Shown: piece by piece, positions 9,138-19,954 of the stretch
Position numbering within the stretch: the first letter of the stretch is position 1
How the letters are laid out: every line of letters begins with the position of its first letter
Origin: a bacterium
Lineage (GTDB): Bacteria > Bacillota > Clostridia > Christensenellales > CAG-138
NCBI GenBank assembly: GCA_963643205.1
Contig: CAVIJJ010000001.1
Span: 134,651-198,650, forward strand
DNA: 64,000 bases
Reading direction: 5' to 3'
Position numbers and translations under genes: made by a program
The notes under the pieces: model-generated
Told to the model about the DNA's origin: nothing
Seen by the model: the letters and a program-made list of their open reading frames with translations, nothing else
Database searches by the model: none

Positions 9138-9704
9138 ATGGGTATCGGCATAGTGGATCTGCTTTTGATTGCAGTGGCACTTTCCATGGATGCGTTTGCG
9201 GTTGCCGTATCAAGCGGCATTGTGTCTGACTCTCCGGGCTGGAAGAACATAGTTAAGCTTGGATTCTTCTTTGGCTTCTTTCAGTTTATGATGCCGGTTA
9301 TCGGATGGCTGCTCGGCAGCAGCGTAAGCACATATATTGAGTCTATTGACCATTGGGTTGCGTTCGGACTGCTTGCCTTTATAGGCATACGAATGATCAT
9401 AGAGGCTGCCAAGGGCGGTGACGAAGAGAAAAAGGTATCTGACCCGTTCGGCACAAAGAACCTGTTTGTTATGGCTGTAGCCACAAGCATAGATGCCCTT
9501 GCTGTTGGTATCAGCTTTGCGCTTACCGGTGTAAGTGTATGGTCTTCATCTGCCATTATAGGCGTTGTAACCTTCACTATTTCCTCAATTGGTGTGCTTA
9601 TCGGCAAAAAGGTCGGATCAATGTTTGAAAAAAGCGCCGGTATTTTGGCCGGAATTATACTGGTCGGCATAGGTGTAAAAATACTGATAGAGCACCTGAT
9701 GTAA
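9138..9704 (+). CDS. mntP: Manganese efflux pump MntP
   Basis: 188 aa polytopic membrane protein. N-terminus LLLIAVALSMDAFAVAVSSG and an internal repeat ATSIDALAVGISF are typical of MntP/YebN. Confidence 0.88.
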   Translation: MGIGIVDLLLIAVALSMDAFAVAVSSGIVSDSPGWKNIVKLGFFFGFFQFMMPVIGWLLGSSVSTYIESIDHWVAFGLLAFIGIRMIIEAAKGGDEEKKVSDPFGTKNLFVMAVATSIDALAVGISFALTGVSVWSSSAIIGVVTFTISSIGVLIGKKVGSMFEKSAGILAGIILVGIGVKILIEHLM

Positions 9705-9742
9705 GTTTTTCTGCTAACGTTTGAAATATACAAAAACAATAG

Positions 9743-9771
9743 TTGACAAACTAATGCGTTGGTGGTAATAT
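9743..9771 (+). promoter_or_regulatory. Promoter of the solo tRNA-Pro (TTGACA -17 nt- TAATAT)
   Basis: -35 at 9743-9748, a 17-nt spacer, and -10 at 9766-9771. Confidence 0.65.
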
Positions 9772-9801
9772 ATACAAGGTTGCTGAAGCAACCAAGATCG
9801 T

Positions 9802-9878
9802 CTGGGTGTGGCGCAGTTTGGTAGCGTGCTTGAATGGGGTTCAAGAGGCCGGAAGTTCGAATCTTCTCACCCAGACCA
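9802..9878 (+). tRNA. tRNA-Pro (anticodon GGG)
   Basis: Acceptor CTGGGTG/CACCCAG, anticodon stem CTTGA/TCAAG with loop ATGGGGT, T-loop GTTCGAATC, encoded CCA. Confidence 0.88.
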
Positions 9879-9881
9879 CTC

Positions 9882-9916
9882 AAAACCTGTTATCGTTTGA
9901 TAGCAGGTTTTTGTTT
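9882..9916 (+). terminator. Rho-independent terminator after tRNA-Pro(GGG)
   Basis: Stem AACCTGTTATC/GATAGCAGGTT (one G-U pair) followed by TTTTGTTT. Confidence 0.75.
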
Positions 9917-10007
9917 ATCTCTTTTCAGGCTTATAAGAGACTTATAGGACAAAACGTGTTCATATAGAATCTTTATCTAACCCTATTTAACCCTTCTCGA
10001 GCATTAT

Positions 10008-10232
10008 TCATATAGCTAATTCAAAGCCCTTGTTGAAGGTTGTCTCACCTGCTGGCACAAGGTTGTTATAGCGGCACTCTTTGCTACCCGTATTGCGCTT
10101 GCTTATAGCAAACAGCACGGCGTTCAGTATGTCAAAGTGCTGCGCCTTGTAGTCTTGCCCTAACATATCCAGATAAAGCTGATACGCCGCATAAAACTCA
10201 GTCTCGGCTGCTTGCGCCTTGTCGTTGTGCAT
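10008..10232 (-). CDS. Orphan hypothetical ORF (74 aa), possibly a gene remnant
   Basis: The translation is protein-like and helical, but the RBS is weak and no promoter or family is recognisable. It sits in a 470-bp poorly coding gap next to a tRNA. Confidence 0.3.
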   Translation of the reverse strand: MHNDKAQAAETEFYAAYQLYLDMLGQDYKAQHFDILNAVLFAISKRNTGSKECRYNNLVPAGETTFNKGFELAI

Positions 10233-10305
10233 ACCTGCCTATAGTACGTTTTGCATCACGGTTTGCAAAGGTTGTGCTTTTGGTTGTTCCTCGACCCATT
10301 ATAAC

Positions 10306-10333
10306 GCAAAAAAGCCCGCCATGCGGCGAGCTT
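10306..10333 (-). terminator. Rho-independent terminator of der
   Basis: Minus strand reads GCTCGCC-GCAT-GGCGGGC followed by TTTTTTG, directly after the der stop. Confidence 0.7.
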
Positions 10334-10349
10334 TATAATGATCTTCTCT

Positions 10350-11675
10350 TTATACTTCGGGCTTTGCTTTGCCTCTTATATTAAGCCGAATCGGGGTTTG
10401 TGTGAGCCCGAATGATTTACGGAAGAAGTTCTCAAGATAGCGCTTGTACGAAAAATGCATAAGCTCCGGATCATTAACAAACAGTACAAATGTCGGAGGA
10501 TTCGTGGACGGCTGCGTTCCGTAGTATATTCTGAGCCTTCTGCCTTTATCGGAAGGCGGCTCAGTAACGGATACGGCTTCGGCTATAATATCATTAAGCG
10601 TACCGGTTGATATGCGCGCGCAGTTCTGAGCGTACGCCTCATTTGCCACGTCCATAATCTTGTTTACACGCTGACCGGTAAGCGCAGAAATGAATATCAT
10701 GGGAACATAGTCCATAAACGCAAGGTCTACGGTAAGTTTCTTCTTAAACTCGTTCATGGTATGGGTATCTTTCTCTATAAGATCCCATTTGTTGACCACA
10801 AGCACACTTGCTTTGCCCTCTTCATGAACATAGCCAGCAATGCGCACATCCTGCTCGCTCAGCCCCTGATCCGCATCAACCACTATAAGTGCTATATCGC
10901 AGCGCCGTATTGCCGCAAGGGAACGGATTACGCTATATCGTTCAATACTTTCGTCTTCTATAGAACGCTTACGGCGTATGCCGGCAGTATCAACAAGTAT
11001 ATAATCCTTGCCCGCGAATTTGAACGGAGAGTCTATAGCATCCCTCGTTGTTCCGGGTATATTGCTTACTATTGTGCGCTCATCGCCAAGCAGAGCGTTT
11101 ACAAGGCTGGATTTGCCAACATTAGGTCTGCCCACTACCGCTACGCGTGTAGCCTCTCCCTCGTCCTCTCCGGCGTTCTCAGGGAAATAGGACACAACCT
11201 CATCGAGAACATCTCCGAGGCCAAGTCCCTGTTCAGCAGATATTGTAATAGGCTCACCTATACCAAGCTCGTAAAAGTCATACAACGCATCCGCGTATTT
11301 AGGATGGTCAATCTTATTTACGGCAAGTACTACCGGTTTTTTTGAGCGGCGAAGCATTTCGGCAACCTCTGTATCGGCCGCTGTCAAACCTTCACGTCCG
11401 TCTACAATAAATACTATGACATCAGCTGTTTCTATAGCCAATTCTGCCTGCCTGCGCATTTGCTTACTTATAATATCCTCGCGCATCGGTTCTATACCGC
11501 CGGTATCTATAAGCGTAAACGAATGAGTAAGCCACTCTCCATCGGCGTAAATACGGTCTCTGGTGACGCCGGGAGTGTCCTCAACTATCGCTATGCGCTT
11601 CCCTGTTATTTTGTTAAAAAACGTGGATTTGCCCACGTTTGGGCGGCCCACAACGGCCACAAGCGGCTTTGCCAT
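10350..11675 (-). CDS. der: Ribosome biogenesis GTPase Der (EngA)
   Basis: Two tandem G domains (GRPNVGKST twice, DTPG/DTAG, NKID/NKWD) plus a C-terminal KH-like domain. Confidence 0.95.
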   Translation of the reverse strand: MAKPLVAVVGRPNVGKSTFFNKITGKRIAIVEDTPGVTRDRIYADGEWLTHSFTLIDTGGIEPMREDIISKQMRRQAELAIETADVIVFIVDGREGLTAADTEVAEMLRRSKKPVVLAVNKIDHPKYADALYDFYELGIGEPITISAEQGLGLGDVLDEVVSYFPENAGEDEGEATRVAVVGRPNVGKSSLVNALLGDERTIVSNIPGTTRDAIDSPFKFAGKDYILVDTAGIRRKRSIEDESIERYSVIRSLAAIRRCDIALIVVDADQGLSEQDVRIAGYVHEEGKASVLVVNKWDLIEKDTHTMNEFKKKLTVDLAFMDYVPMIFISALTGQRVNKIMDVANEAYAQNCARISTGTLNDIIAEAVSVTEPPSDKGRRLRIYYGTQPSTNPPTFVLFVNDPELMHFSYKRYLENFFRKSFGLTQTPIRLNIRGKAKPEV

Positions 11676-11676
11676 A

Positions 11677-12990
11677 TTATTTCACCTCATTCAACCTTTC
11701 AAACAGGTTATATACAAATTCTTCACCATCGGCGGCACTCATAGGCCACAACGGCATCCCCATCTCGGAAGCAAGCCAATCGGTATCTTTTCCGTCCAAG
11801 AAAACTCTGTCGCGTTCCCTTAACATATCGTCCGGAATGAGCATAGCATCGGCTTTAAGGCCGCGCAGCTGATTCGCTATATCTGTTGCCGTGACAAGCC
11901 CGGAGACGGTTATCGTATGCCCCAAAAAGTCATTTTTTACACTATACAGTGTAATATCGATACCATACGGCTTCAGCTTATCAAAAAGCACCTGCAGGAA
12001 TGAGCGCGCCGATACGCCTGTTGCGCCGACTAAGCACACCTTTCGTTCTAGCGGCTGCATTTCACTCAATGCTTCATTAAAGCCGTGCTCAAACTGGCGC
12101 ATAAGTCCCACACCGTTTTCTATTTGAAGAAAATCGCCGTAGCTTTCATAGCTTGGCAGCTCACGTTCGGCAATCATATACATTTCATCTGAAGCGTAAA
12201 CGAAGCCTTCTTCGCCGCAAGACTCAACCTTAGCGTTAAATCCCTCTGCATAATCAATTATATCCGATGCTTCCTGTTTTGTCAGCAGTCTTAACGGATA
12301 TAAACCATCTCTGTATTTCGTTAGGCCAACGGGTACTAACGCCAATGTTTTGCAGGCCGGTCTAAGCGAATAAAGATCGGAGATACTCTTTTTTAATATT
12401 TCCCCGTCATTCAACTCCGGACAAACAACAATCTGCCCATGGAAACTAAGGCTATTCTCTTTTAGTGCCGTTAAACGCTCCATTATGCGTGAAGCAGTAG
12501 GATTCGCCATCATACGTGTCCGTACGGCACCGTCCGTTGCGTGCACAGAAACATACAAGGGGCTTACCCTTCGCCTCAACATACGATCAAATTCTTTGTC
12601 GTTAACATTTGTGAGGCTTACATAATTGCCCATTATCAGAGAAAGTCGCCAGTCATCATCCTTAAAATGTAGAGTCTCGCGTCCACCCCTAGGCATTTGA
12701 TCAATAAAGCAGAATACGCACTTATTTTTGCAGCTTCTTACTTTACTCATCAGGCCGCTTTCGAAGTATAGTCCAAGGGGCTCGTACTCTTCTTTATCAA
12801 CCCGCGTAACAAAAGTTTTGCCGTCGCCTGTCTCAAATTCCAGACTAATATGCGTTTCGGCCGTAAGGTGTTCGTAATCTATTACATCTTCGACATCTTC
12901 GCCGTTTATACGCAACAAGAAGAAGCCGGGCTTGATACCCAGCTTCTCCGCTATGGAATCGTTGTCTATTGCTATTATTCTTTGGCGCAT
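11677..12990 (-). CDS. Radical SAM protein with PDZ-like N-terminus and DUF512-type C-terminus
   Basis: CKNKCVFC (Cx3Cx2C) radical-SAM motif. I chose the start at 12990 (MRQRII) because AGGAG lies 5 nt upstream, inside the recA 3' end. Confidence 0.82.
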   Translation of the reverse strand: MRQRIIAIDNDSIAEKLGIKPGFFLLRINGEDVEDVIDYEHLTAETHISLEFETGDGKTFVTRVDKEEYEPLGLYFESGLMSKVRSCKNKCVFCFIDQMPRGGRETLHFKDDDWRLSLIMGNYVSLTNVNDKEFDRMLRRRVSPLYVSVHATDGAVRTRMMANPTASRIMERLTALKENSLSFHGQIVVCPELNDGEILKKSISDLYSLRPACKTLALVPVGLTKYRDGLYPLRLLTKQEASDIIDYAEGFNAKVESCGEEGFVYASDEMYMIAERELPSYESYGDFLQIENGVGLMRQFEHGFNEALSEMQPLERKVCLVGATGVSARSFLQVLFDKLKPYGIDITLYSVKNDFLGHTITVSGLVTATDIANQLRGLKADAMLIPDDMLRERDRVFLDGKDTDWLASEMGMPLWPMSAADGEEFVYNLFERLNEVK

Positions 12991-12991
12991 A

Positions 12992-14035
12992 TCACTCCTG
13001 ATCATCGCCCTCATTGATATCATTCTGCGAAGGCTCTTCAGCCGGCGCGGCAGAAAGTATCTTGCGAAGTTTAGCTTCTATTTCATCGCAAAGCTCCATG
13101 TTGTCCTTCAGGAAAAGCCTTGCATTATCTCTGCCCTGTGCCATGCGCATGTCGCCGTAATAGTACCACGCACCGGATTTGGATATAATCTTGTTAGCCA
13201 AAGCAAGGTCCAGAACAGAGCTTTCTTTTGAAATACCCTCACCGTAAATTATATCGAATTCGGCTGTTTTGAACGGTGGCGCAACCTTGTTTTTCACAAC
13301 TTTTATGCGGGTTCTGTTGCCGACAACTTCATTGCCGTTCTTAATCGAATCTATGCGGCGTACATCAAGACGTATGGAAGCATAGAATTTCAAAGCCCGA
13401 CCGCCGGTAGTAGTTTCGGGATTGCCGAACATTACGCCTACCTTTTCACGCAGCTGATTTATAAATACGAGTATTGTATTCGATTTTGATATTATACCGG
13501 TCATCTTCCTGAGAGCCTGGCTCATCAGCCTAGCCTGAAGACCTACGTGGCTGTCGCCCATATCCCCTTCTATTTCGGCCTTAGGTACAAGCGCCGCCAC
13601 AGAGTCTATTACAACAACGTCTATTGCACCGCTGCGAACAAGTGTTTCGCAAATATCAAGGGCATCTTCTCCTGTATCCGGTTGGGATACATAAAGTCCA
13701 TCCACATCAACGCCAAGGTTTTCGGCATATACAGGGTCAAGCGCATGCTCTGCATCTATAAACGCAGCCGTGCCGCCAAGCTTTTGTGCTTCCGCAATTA
13801 TATGGAGCGCAATCGTCGTCTTGCCGGAGGATTCGGGACCGTATATCTCAATTATTCTTCCGCGGGGAATTCCGCCAACACCAAGCGCAAAATCAAGTTC
13901 CAAGCACCCGGAAGGAATTGTTGATACGGATATCTTTGAAGCCGCATCTCCGAGCCTCATTATGGCTCCCTTGCCGAAGTCTTTTTCAATTTGGTTTAGT
14001 GCCATTTCCAACGCTTTAGCTTTTTCCATTGCCAT
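12992..14035 (-). CDS. recA: Recombinase RecA
   Basis: [22 protein letters not shown], Walker [10 protein letters not shown], and L1/L2 loop regions. Start at 14035 (MAMEKAK) is preceded by GGAAGGAAA. Confidence 0.97.
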   Translation of the reverse strand: MAMEKAKALEMALNQIEKDFGKGAIMRLGDAASKISVSTIPSGCLELDFALGVGGIPRGRIIEIYGPESSGKTTIALHIIAEAQKLGGTAAFIDAEHALDPVYAENLGVDVDGLYVSQPDTGEDALDICETLVRSGAIDVVVIDSVAALVPKAEIEGDMGDSHVGLQARLMSQALRKMTGIISKSNTILVFINQLREKVGVMFGNPETTTGGRALKFYASIRLDVRRIDSIKNGNEVVGNRTRIKVVKNKVAPPFKTAEFDIIYGEGISKESSVLDLALANKIISKSGAWYYYGDMRMAQGRDNARLFLKDNMELCDEIEAKLRKILSAAPAEEPSQNDINEGDDQE

Positions 14036-14115
14036 AGTGCAAAGTTTCCTTCCTTTCACTTCTTTTTCCTGCAAGGAAATTATAACATATACGCTTATAC
14101 TTGTACAGTATAAAA

Positions 14116-15345
14116 TTAAAAAATGTTTCTTCTAAGGATATCAAGCGCGTACAAACAAGCCATATTGCGTACGCGCTCACGGCTGCCTGGAATTTGCAAG
14201 CGTTTTACGATGGATTTATCGCCATAAGAAACGCCTATATATACAGTACCGACAGGATTGCTGTCCGTACCGCCGTCAGGTCCCGCAAAACCGGTTGTTG
14301 AAACACCGACATCGGCTCCGCTCGATAAGCGTATGCCTTCAGCCATCTCTAAGGCCGTTTCGGCGCTTACGGCATCAAATTTATCCAACGTGGACTTTTT
14401 AACGCCGAGCCTGTGCATTTTTGCTTCGTTTGAGTAGGTAACGCAGCCTTCCTCAAACCATTTCGAACTGCCGGGGACAGATAAGAGCTTTGATGCCAGC
14501 ATACCTCCCGTGCAGCTTTCCGCAACGGCTAATTTCAGATCGCCGGCAGCGAACAACCGTGCTACTTCTTCATGAAGCTCAAGCCCATCCTCAGAATAAA
14601 TATACTCCCCTATTCTGCGCTTAATCTCTTCAATTATCGGGGCCATTATAGCATCAGCATCCTCACCTGCGCGGCAGCGTGCAGTAACGCGCAGCTTCAT
14701 CTCTCCGTTTAGCGCATACGGAGCTACCGTAGGATTCGTTTGCGCAGCCATGATATCCTTCAGCTCATATTCTACGCTTGACTCGCCTTTGCCGAATATT
14801 CGGAGCATTTTTGATTTAAGAGTATAACCGCTGCGTTTTTCAAGATAAGGCAGCACGCTTGCCTCAAACATGGGCACCATTTCCTTGGGAGGACCCGGCA
14901 TAAGTATGGCGGCCTTACCTTCATTTTCCACTATGCAACCGGGAGCGGTGCCGTTAGGATTGGGCATGATAATGCATCCTTCCGGGAAATAAGCTTGCTT
15001 TACATTGTTTGGGGTCATCGAATGCCCCATCTTTGAGAACCTATACTTAATATAATCAAGCGATTTCTCGTCAAGTTTAAGCTTTCTGCCAAAGGCATCA
15101 GCCACGGTTTCCTTCGTTAAGTCATCAGCCGTAGGACCAAGACCGCCCGTAAGTATAATGATATCTGCGCGATTAAGCGCATTATGAACCGCTTCAACAA
15201 GCCTGTCATGATTATCGCCAACGGTTGTTTGAATATAGCAATCTATGCCAAGATCAGCTAAACGTTGAGATATATATTGAGCGTTTGTGTTGACAATATT
15301 GCCCATAAGCAATTCGGTGCCTACGGAAATAATTTCTGCCGACAT
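14116..15345 (-). CDS. cinA: Competence/damage-inducible protein CinA (MoCF-binding + PncC-like amidohydrolase domains)
   Basis: N-terminus [22 protein letters not shown], 409 aa. The cinA-recA order is classic for Firmicutes. Confidence 0.92.
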   Translation of the reverse strand: MSAEIISVGTELLMGNIVNTNAQYISQRLADLGIDCYIQTTVGDNHDRLVEAVHNALNRADIIILTGGLGPTADDLTKETVADAFGRKLKLDEKSLDYIKYRFSKMGHSMTPNNVKQAYFPEGCIIMPNPNGTAPGCIVENEGKAAILMPGPPKEMVPMFEASVLPYLEKRSGYTLKSKMLRIFGKGESSVEYELKDIMAAQTNPTVAPYALNGEMKLRVTARCRAGEDADAIMAPIIEEIKRRIGEYIYSEDGLELHEEVARLFAAGDLKLAVAESCTGGMLASKLLSVPGSSKWFEEGCVTYSNEAKMHRLGVKKSTLDKFDAVSAETALEMAEGIRLSSGADVGVSTTGFAGPDGGTDSNPVGTVYIGVSYGDKSIVKRLQIPGSRERVRNMACLYALDILRRNIF

Positions 15346-15355
15346 TGTGTACCTC

Positions 15356-15895
15356 TTACGCTTTTTTCACAGATTTATTTGTTTTGACTATGTAGTCTAT
15401 GCAGCTCCATATAGCAAGCCCAACGGATATCCAAATGATAATTTGGTCTACCGGTACACCGCATTTGACGAATACCGGATTAAGGAACAGCATCAGGGTT
15501 ATGCCTACAAACTGGGTCAGGGTTTTAAGCTTGCCTAAAGGACCGGCGGCTATAACAATATTCTTGCTGGCATATATAAGTCGGAAACCGCTTATAACAA
15601 ACTCTCGGGATATCGTAATAAGGGTAGCTATAGGCGAAAGCAGACCGACTGATGTAAGCATTATCAACGCGGCTGCGGAAAGTATTTTATCCGCTATCGG
15701 ATCCATAAGCTTGCCAAAATCGGTTACTATGTTGCGACGACGTGCTATTTGTCCGTCAAGCATATCGGTAAGGTATGCGATTACGAAAAGCGCACCCGCA
15801 AGATACATATTCCAGCTCACCGGAATATAAAAGCATATTACAAATACGGGCGTAAGCACCATGCGTGCGATAGTAAGCTTGTTGGGAAGGTTCAT
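15356..15895 (-). CDS. pgsA: CDP-diacylglycerol--glycerol-3-phosphate 3-phosphatidyltransferase
   Basis: CDP-alcohol phosphatidyltransferase motif DMLDGQIARR...G...DPIADK. 179 aa membrane protein. Confidence 0.9.
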   Translation of the reverse strand: MNLPNKLTIARMVLTPVFVICFYIPVSWNMYLAGALFVIAYLTDMLDGQIARRRNIVTDFGKLMDPIADKILSAAALIMLTSVGLLSPIATLITISREFVISGFRLIYASKNIVIAAGPLGKLKTLTQFVGITLMLFLNPVFVKCGVPVDQIIIWISVGLAIWSCIDYIVKTNKSVKKA

Positions 15896-17190
15896 TTTAT
15901 ATATTCTCCTTTCAGGTCATAAGCGGAAGCATCCGTTATTTTAACGCGCACAAAGTCACCGGGATTTACTGTGTTCGGCACGTTCAAAATCTTTATTATT
16001 CCATCTACATCAGGGGCTTCGGCATAGCTTCTGCCGCGTGCTATACCATTATTGATGTATTCAACCAAAACATCGTACTCTTTGCCAATCCTGTTTTTGT
16101 TCAGTTCAAGTGAAACCGCTTGCTGCATGCGCATTATTTCATCAAGCCTTGCGTTAGCTACGGATTCGTCAATTTGGTCATCCATAAGGGCGGCTTTGGT
16201 GCCGTCTTCCGGGCAGAATACGAAGGCTCCGATCCTGTCGAAAGGTTCTTTTCTGAGAAAATCATACAGCAGTCTAAACTGCTCTTCCGTTTCTCCCGGG
16301 AAGCCGAGCATAACGGTTGTTCGCAGTATAAAATCGGATGAGCTTTCGCGAATATAGCGTGTTATTGCCCGTATATGCTCCGCCGAACCATGGCGATTCA
16401 TTGTTTCAAGCATAATCGGATCTATGTGCTGTATTGGCATATCTATGTATCGCACGATTTTTTCATTATTAAGCATCGTGTCTACAAGTTTTTCGGTAAC
16501 AGTATTGGGATAAGCATACAGTACTCTTAACCACTTTATGCCGTCTATTTTTGAAAGTTCGGTAAGCAATTCGGCCAACCGTGGCTCTCCGTATATATCG
16601 GATCCGTATGCGGAAGTATCCTGGGCAATAAGGGTAAGCTCCTTCACTCCGCCGGCGGCAAGTGCTTCAGCCTCAGCGATAAGATCTTCCATCGGCACGC
16701 TGCGCCTGCCGCCGCGTATAAGCGGTATGGCACAGTAAGTGCAGCGGTTGTCGCATCCGTCCGCAATGCGGAGATATGCGCTGTATTTAGGCGTAGAAAG
16801 CATACGTTTGCCGCTGTAAGCACAGCCGCATTTTACGCCAAACATTGCCCGTATGGCATCAACCAGTTCTTTATGCCTTCCAACCCCCCAAAATAGATCA
16901 ACCTCGGGCAGGCTCTCTTTAAGTTCCTCCGGATATCTTTGGCTGAGACATCCCGTAACCACAAGTTTGGCTTCTTCCCTTTTGTCTCTTGCCGCTTCAA
17001 GAATTGTGTTTATAGATTCCTCTTTAGCGGAAGCTATAAAACCGCAGGTATTTACAATCACAACATCTGCATCTTTTTCATTCGCGGTTATTTCAAAATC
17101 AGCATCCTTAAGGCAACCCAAAATAAGCTCTGAATCTACCAGATTCTTGGAGCAGCCTAAGGATATGATTCCGGCTTTATATTTCCTCAT
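15892..17190 (-). CDS. rimO: Ribosomal protein S12 methylthiotransferase RimO
   Basis: UPF0004 N-domain (GCSKNLVDSE), radical SAM motif CDNRCTYC, and a C-terminal TRAM domain. Size and the rimO-pgsA context favour RimO over MiaB. Confidence 0.86.
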   Translation of the reverse strand: MRKYKAGIISLGCSKNLVDSELILGCLKDADFEITANEKDADVVIVNTCGFIASAKEESINTILEAARDKREEAKLVVTGCLSQRYPEELKESLPEVDLFWGVGRHKELVDAIRAMFGVKCGCAYSGKRMLSTPKYSAYLRIADGCDNRCTYCAIPLIRGGRRSVPMEDLIAEAEALAAGGVKELTLIAQDTSAYGSDIYGEPRLAELLTELSKIDGIKWLRVLYAYPNTVTEKLVDTMLNNEKIVRYIDMPIQHIDPIMLETMNRHGSAEHIRAITRYIRESSSDFILRTTVMLGFPGETEEQFRLLYDFLRKEPFDRIGAFVFCPEDGTKAALMDDQIDESVANARLDEIMRMQQAVSLELNKNRIGKEYDVLVEYINNGIARGRSYAEAPDVDGIIKILNVPNTVNPGDFVRVKITDASAYDLKGEYIK

Positions 17191-19837
17191 CAGTGTTATT
17201 TACCTCGCATTCCGTATCATCGGATATATCATCATTGGCGACGGGCGAACCGTTTCCGAAGCGTCTTTCAAATTCAGCCCTGTCTATGAGCAGTTTCCTT
17301 GCTTTGCTTCCGTCAAATCCGGATACAATCTTTTGCTGTTCCATTATGTCTATCAATCTTGCCGCCCGCGCGTAACCGACTCTAAGCCTGCGCTGTATCA
17401 TGGAAATAGAAGCTTGTCCGCTATCCATAACTATACGCACGGCCTCAGGAAGAAGCTCGTCCTCCTGCTTACCATTGCCATGAACAGGGCCTTGAGTCGC
17501 GTCATTCGTTATCCTGTCAAACGCCTCTTCTTCAAGCGGAGGCTGTGAGCTCGTTTGAGCGAAGAAATCCATAACCCGCTCAACCTCTTCGTCAGAAACA
17601 AAAGCACCTTGTGCGCGTATCGGTTTGCTGGCACCGTTTGCATGGAAGAGCATATCGCCTTTGCCAAGCAGTTTTTCCGCGCCGGTAGTATCCAATATTA
17701 CGCGTGAATCAACGCCGGAAGAAACGGCAAACGCAATCCTTGAAGGAATGTTTGCTTTAATCAAGCCGGTTATAATATCGGTAGAAGGCCTTTGCGTTGC
17801 CACTATAAGATGAACTCCAGCTGCGCGCCCAAGCTGGGCAATGCGGCAAATAGAATCCTCAACATCTTTTGCGGCAACCATCATAAGGTCCGCAAGCTCG
17901 TCTATTACTATCACGAGCTTAGGCAAACGCTCACTTTCATCAACCAGCGCATTATAGCGGGCGAGATCGCGGGCATTAACCTTAGCCATGTTTTGATAAC
18001 GCTGCTCCATCTGAAGCACTGCCCACTTTAAGGCTCCCGCGGCTTTCTTAGGATCTGTTACCACCGGCAGCATAAGGTGTGGCAAGGGCGCGTACACACG
18101 CATCTCAACCACTTTGGGGTCTATAAGCACCAAGCGTAAATCACTGGGCGAAGCCTTATAAACCATGCTGAGGAGTATATCGTTAATGCACACACTTTTG
18201 CCGGAACCTGTGGCACCGGCTATAAGCAAATGCGGCATCTTTTCAAGATTTGCACAAACAATACGTCCCGCAATGTCTTTACCAAGCGCAAACGATATAG
18301 GGGAACGTTCGGATTGAAACTCCTTTGATTCTATAACTTCACGCAGCAGAACCTGCGCCGCGTTCTTATTGGGAATTTCTATACCTATTGCGGCCTTGCC
18401 CGGTATCGGAGCTTCTATACGTACAAGCGGAGCGGCCAAAGCGAGCGCTATGTCCTGGCTTAGAGACGTAATTCTGTTCACCCTTATGCCCTGCGCGGGC
18501 TGAAGTTCAAACCTAGTTATAACCGGACCTACGCTTATATTAATAATCCTGGCAGGTATATTAAATGTGGCAAGAGTTTCTATAAGCAGCTTTGCCTTTT
18601 CCTGCGGTGACTCATTGCCGGTTGGCATATCCGAGGCGGGGCTGTTCAGCAAGCTGTAAGGCGGCCTTTGATAATCAACCACGGGCGCTGCTGATGTCGG
18701 AATGTCCTCATCCTGTTCCGGTTCAGGGGCATCGGTTACGACAGGTGTTTCCTCCACTGCAGTCTCGATTATCGGCTCATATACAGGAACGGCCATATTA
18801 TCATCTTTGGCCGGAGCATTCTTTACAATACGATTATCTTCATCCGGTTGGAATTCGTGGTAATATTCCGTATTTACCGTTTCCTCGTCAAGTTTATCAA
18901 ACGCTTTTTCAATAGCCTTTTCTTTGGCGGCACGCTTTCTTATTTGGCCCTTTGATGGAATAAATTCAGGGCCATCATCTTCATTGTTTGTCGGACGCAC
19001 GGGCTCGGATTTACGTATCGGAGCAGTAGTCTCTACAGAGGGTTCATCCGCTTGATTGAATGAAGGATCCAAAGTAAATATATTGCTCTCAAAAGAGTTT
19101 TTCTTCTTGCCGCTTTTGGCAGAAGTTTGTTTGGTTGTTTTCTTTTTATTTGTTACCGGAGCTCCCGAAAGGACCTCTTCGGTTATATTTTCAGTATATA
19201 ACTGCTGCTGTTGTGCGTGGACATTTTGTTTATGCTCAGCTATGCGCTCATTGGCGTTGGATACACCGGTTCTTATTGTTTGCCCAAGCTTTGTGCCCGC
19301 ATTCTTTATTGAAAGATGCGTTATAAGCAAAAACGAGACCATAATGCAAGCTATAAAGAGAATGTACGAACCTATACGGCCTATAAGGAGCAGCGATGGA
19401 TATGCCAAAAGCGCGCCGATGATTCCTCCGCCTTCGCGGTAACTAAAGCCGAGATCATACGCGTCTTTATAGTAGGCGAGCGCTTTTATGTTTTCTATCG
19501 TGTCTCCGCGGCGGGCGATATGAATTATTGTAAGTATCGCAATTAAGCTTATTACTCCAAGCAAAGTAGGCAACGCGTCTACATCGCCTTCGCTGAATAT
19601 TATAATCAGCACACCTGATGCTATTATGCAAACAGGGGCGGCATAGCCGGCTATTCCAAACAGGCCAAATAAAAATTCGCTTATTGCTTTTCCAAGAATG
19701 CCTACGGCATCCGAGTACATGCTCGCACCTAAAAAAAGACCGAGCGCGATAACTACAACACCCCAAACTTCCCTCTTGGTTTGGGCTGATCTATCCGCCG
19801 CTTTCTTTTTTTGCGAGCTTTTTTTAGTGGTTGCCAT
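17177..19837 (-). CDS. ftsK: DNA translocase FtsK/SpoIIIE
   Basis: N-terminal TM helices, a long low-complexity linker, a motor domain (GATGSGKS, DELADLM) and a gamma winged-helix C-terminus. I prefer the start at 19837 (AAGGAAGG upstream); 19855 is an in-frame alternative. Confidence 0.92.
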   Translation of the reverse strand: MATTKKSSQKKKAADRSAQTKREVWGVVVIALGLFLGASMYSDAVGILGKAISEFLFGLFGIAGYAAPVCIIASGVLIIIFSEGDVDALPTLLGVISLIAILTIIHIARRGDTIENIKALAYYKDAYDLGFSYREGGGIIGALLAYPSLLLIGRIGSYILFIACIMVSFLLITHLSIKNAGTKLGQTIRTGVSNANERIAEHKQNVHAQQQQLYTENITEEVLSGAPVTNKKKTTKQTSAKSGKKKNSFESNIFTLDPSFNQADEPSVETTAPIRKSEPVRPTNNEDDGPEFIPSKGQIRKRAAKEKAIEKAFDKLDEETVNTEYYHEFQPDEDNRIVKNAPAKDDNMAVPVYEPIIETAVEETPVVTDAPEPEQDEDIPTSAAPVVDYQRPPYSLLNSPASDMPTGNESPQEKAKLLIETLATFNIPARIINISVGPVITRFELQPAQGIRVNRITSLSQDIALALAAPLVRIEAPIPGKAAIGIEIPNKNAAQVLLREVIESKEFQSERSPISFALGKDIAGRIVCANLEKMPHLLIAGATGSGKSVCINDILLSMVYKASPSDLRLVLIDPKVVEMRVYAPLPHLMLPVVTDPKKAAGALKWAVLQMEQRYQNMAKVNARDLARYNALVDESERLPKLVIVIDELADLMMVAAKDVEDSICRIAQLGRAAGVHLIVATQRPSTDIITGLIKANIPSRIAFAVSSGVDSRVILDTTGAEKLLGKGDMLFHANGASKPIRAQGAFVSDEEVERVMDFFAQTSSQPPLEEEAFDRITNDATQGPVHGNGKQEDELLPEAVRIVMDSGQASISMIQRRLRVGYARAARLIDIMEQQKIVSGFDGSKARKLLIDRAEFERRFGNGSPVANDDISDDTECEVNNTDEEI

Positions 19838-19954
19838 AGTGCCTTCCTTTTTCATGCATTTGTGTGTATTATACTATATTATTCCGTTTGAGAAAAGCAT
19901 AAGAATTGGCGCCGGCAAGAAACCGGCGCTTAAGCCTTACAAGGATCACTTCTA

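Noticed and set aside
14036-14115. LexA box upstream of recA
   Set aside because: No GAAC-N4-GTTC-like site is visible. The only symmetric element (TACTTGTACAGTA) does not fit the Firmicutes LexA motif. recA is probably co-transcribed with cinA, so a box may lie elsewhere.
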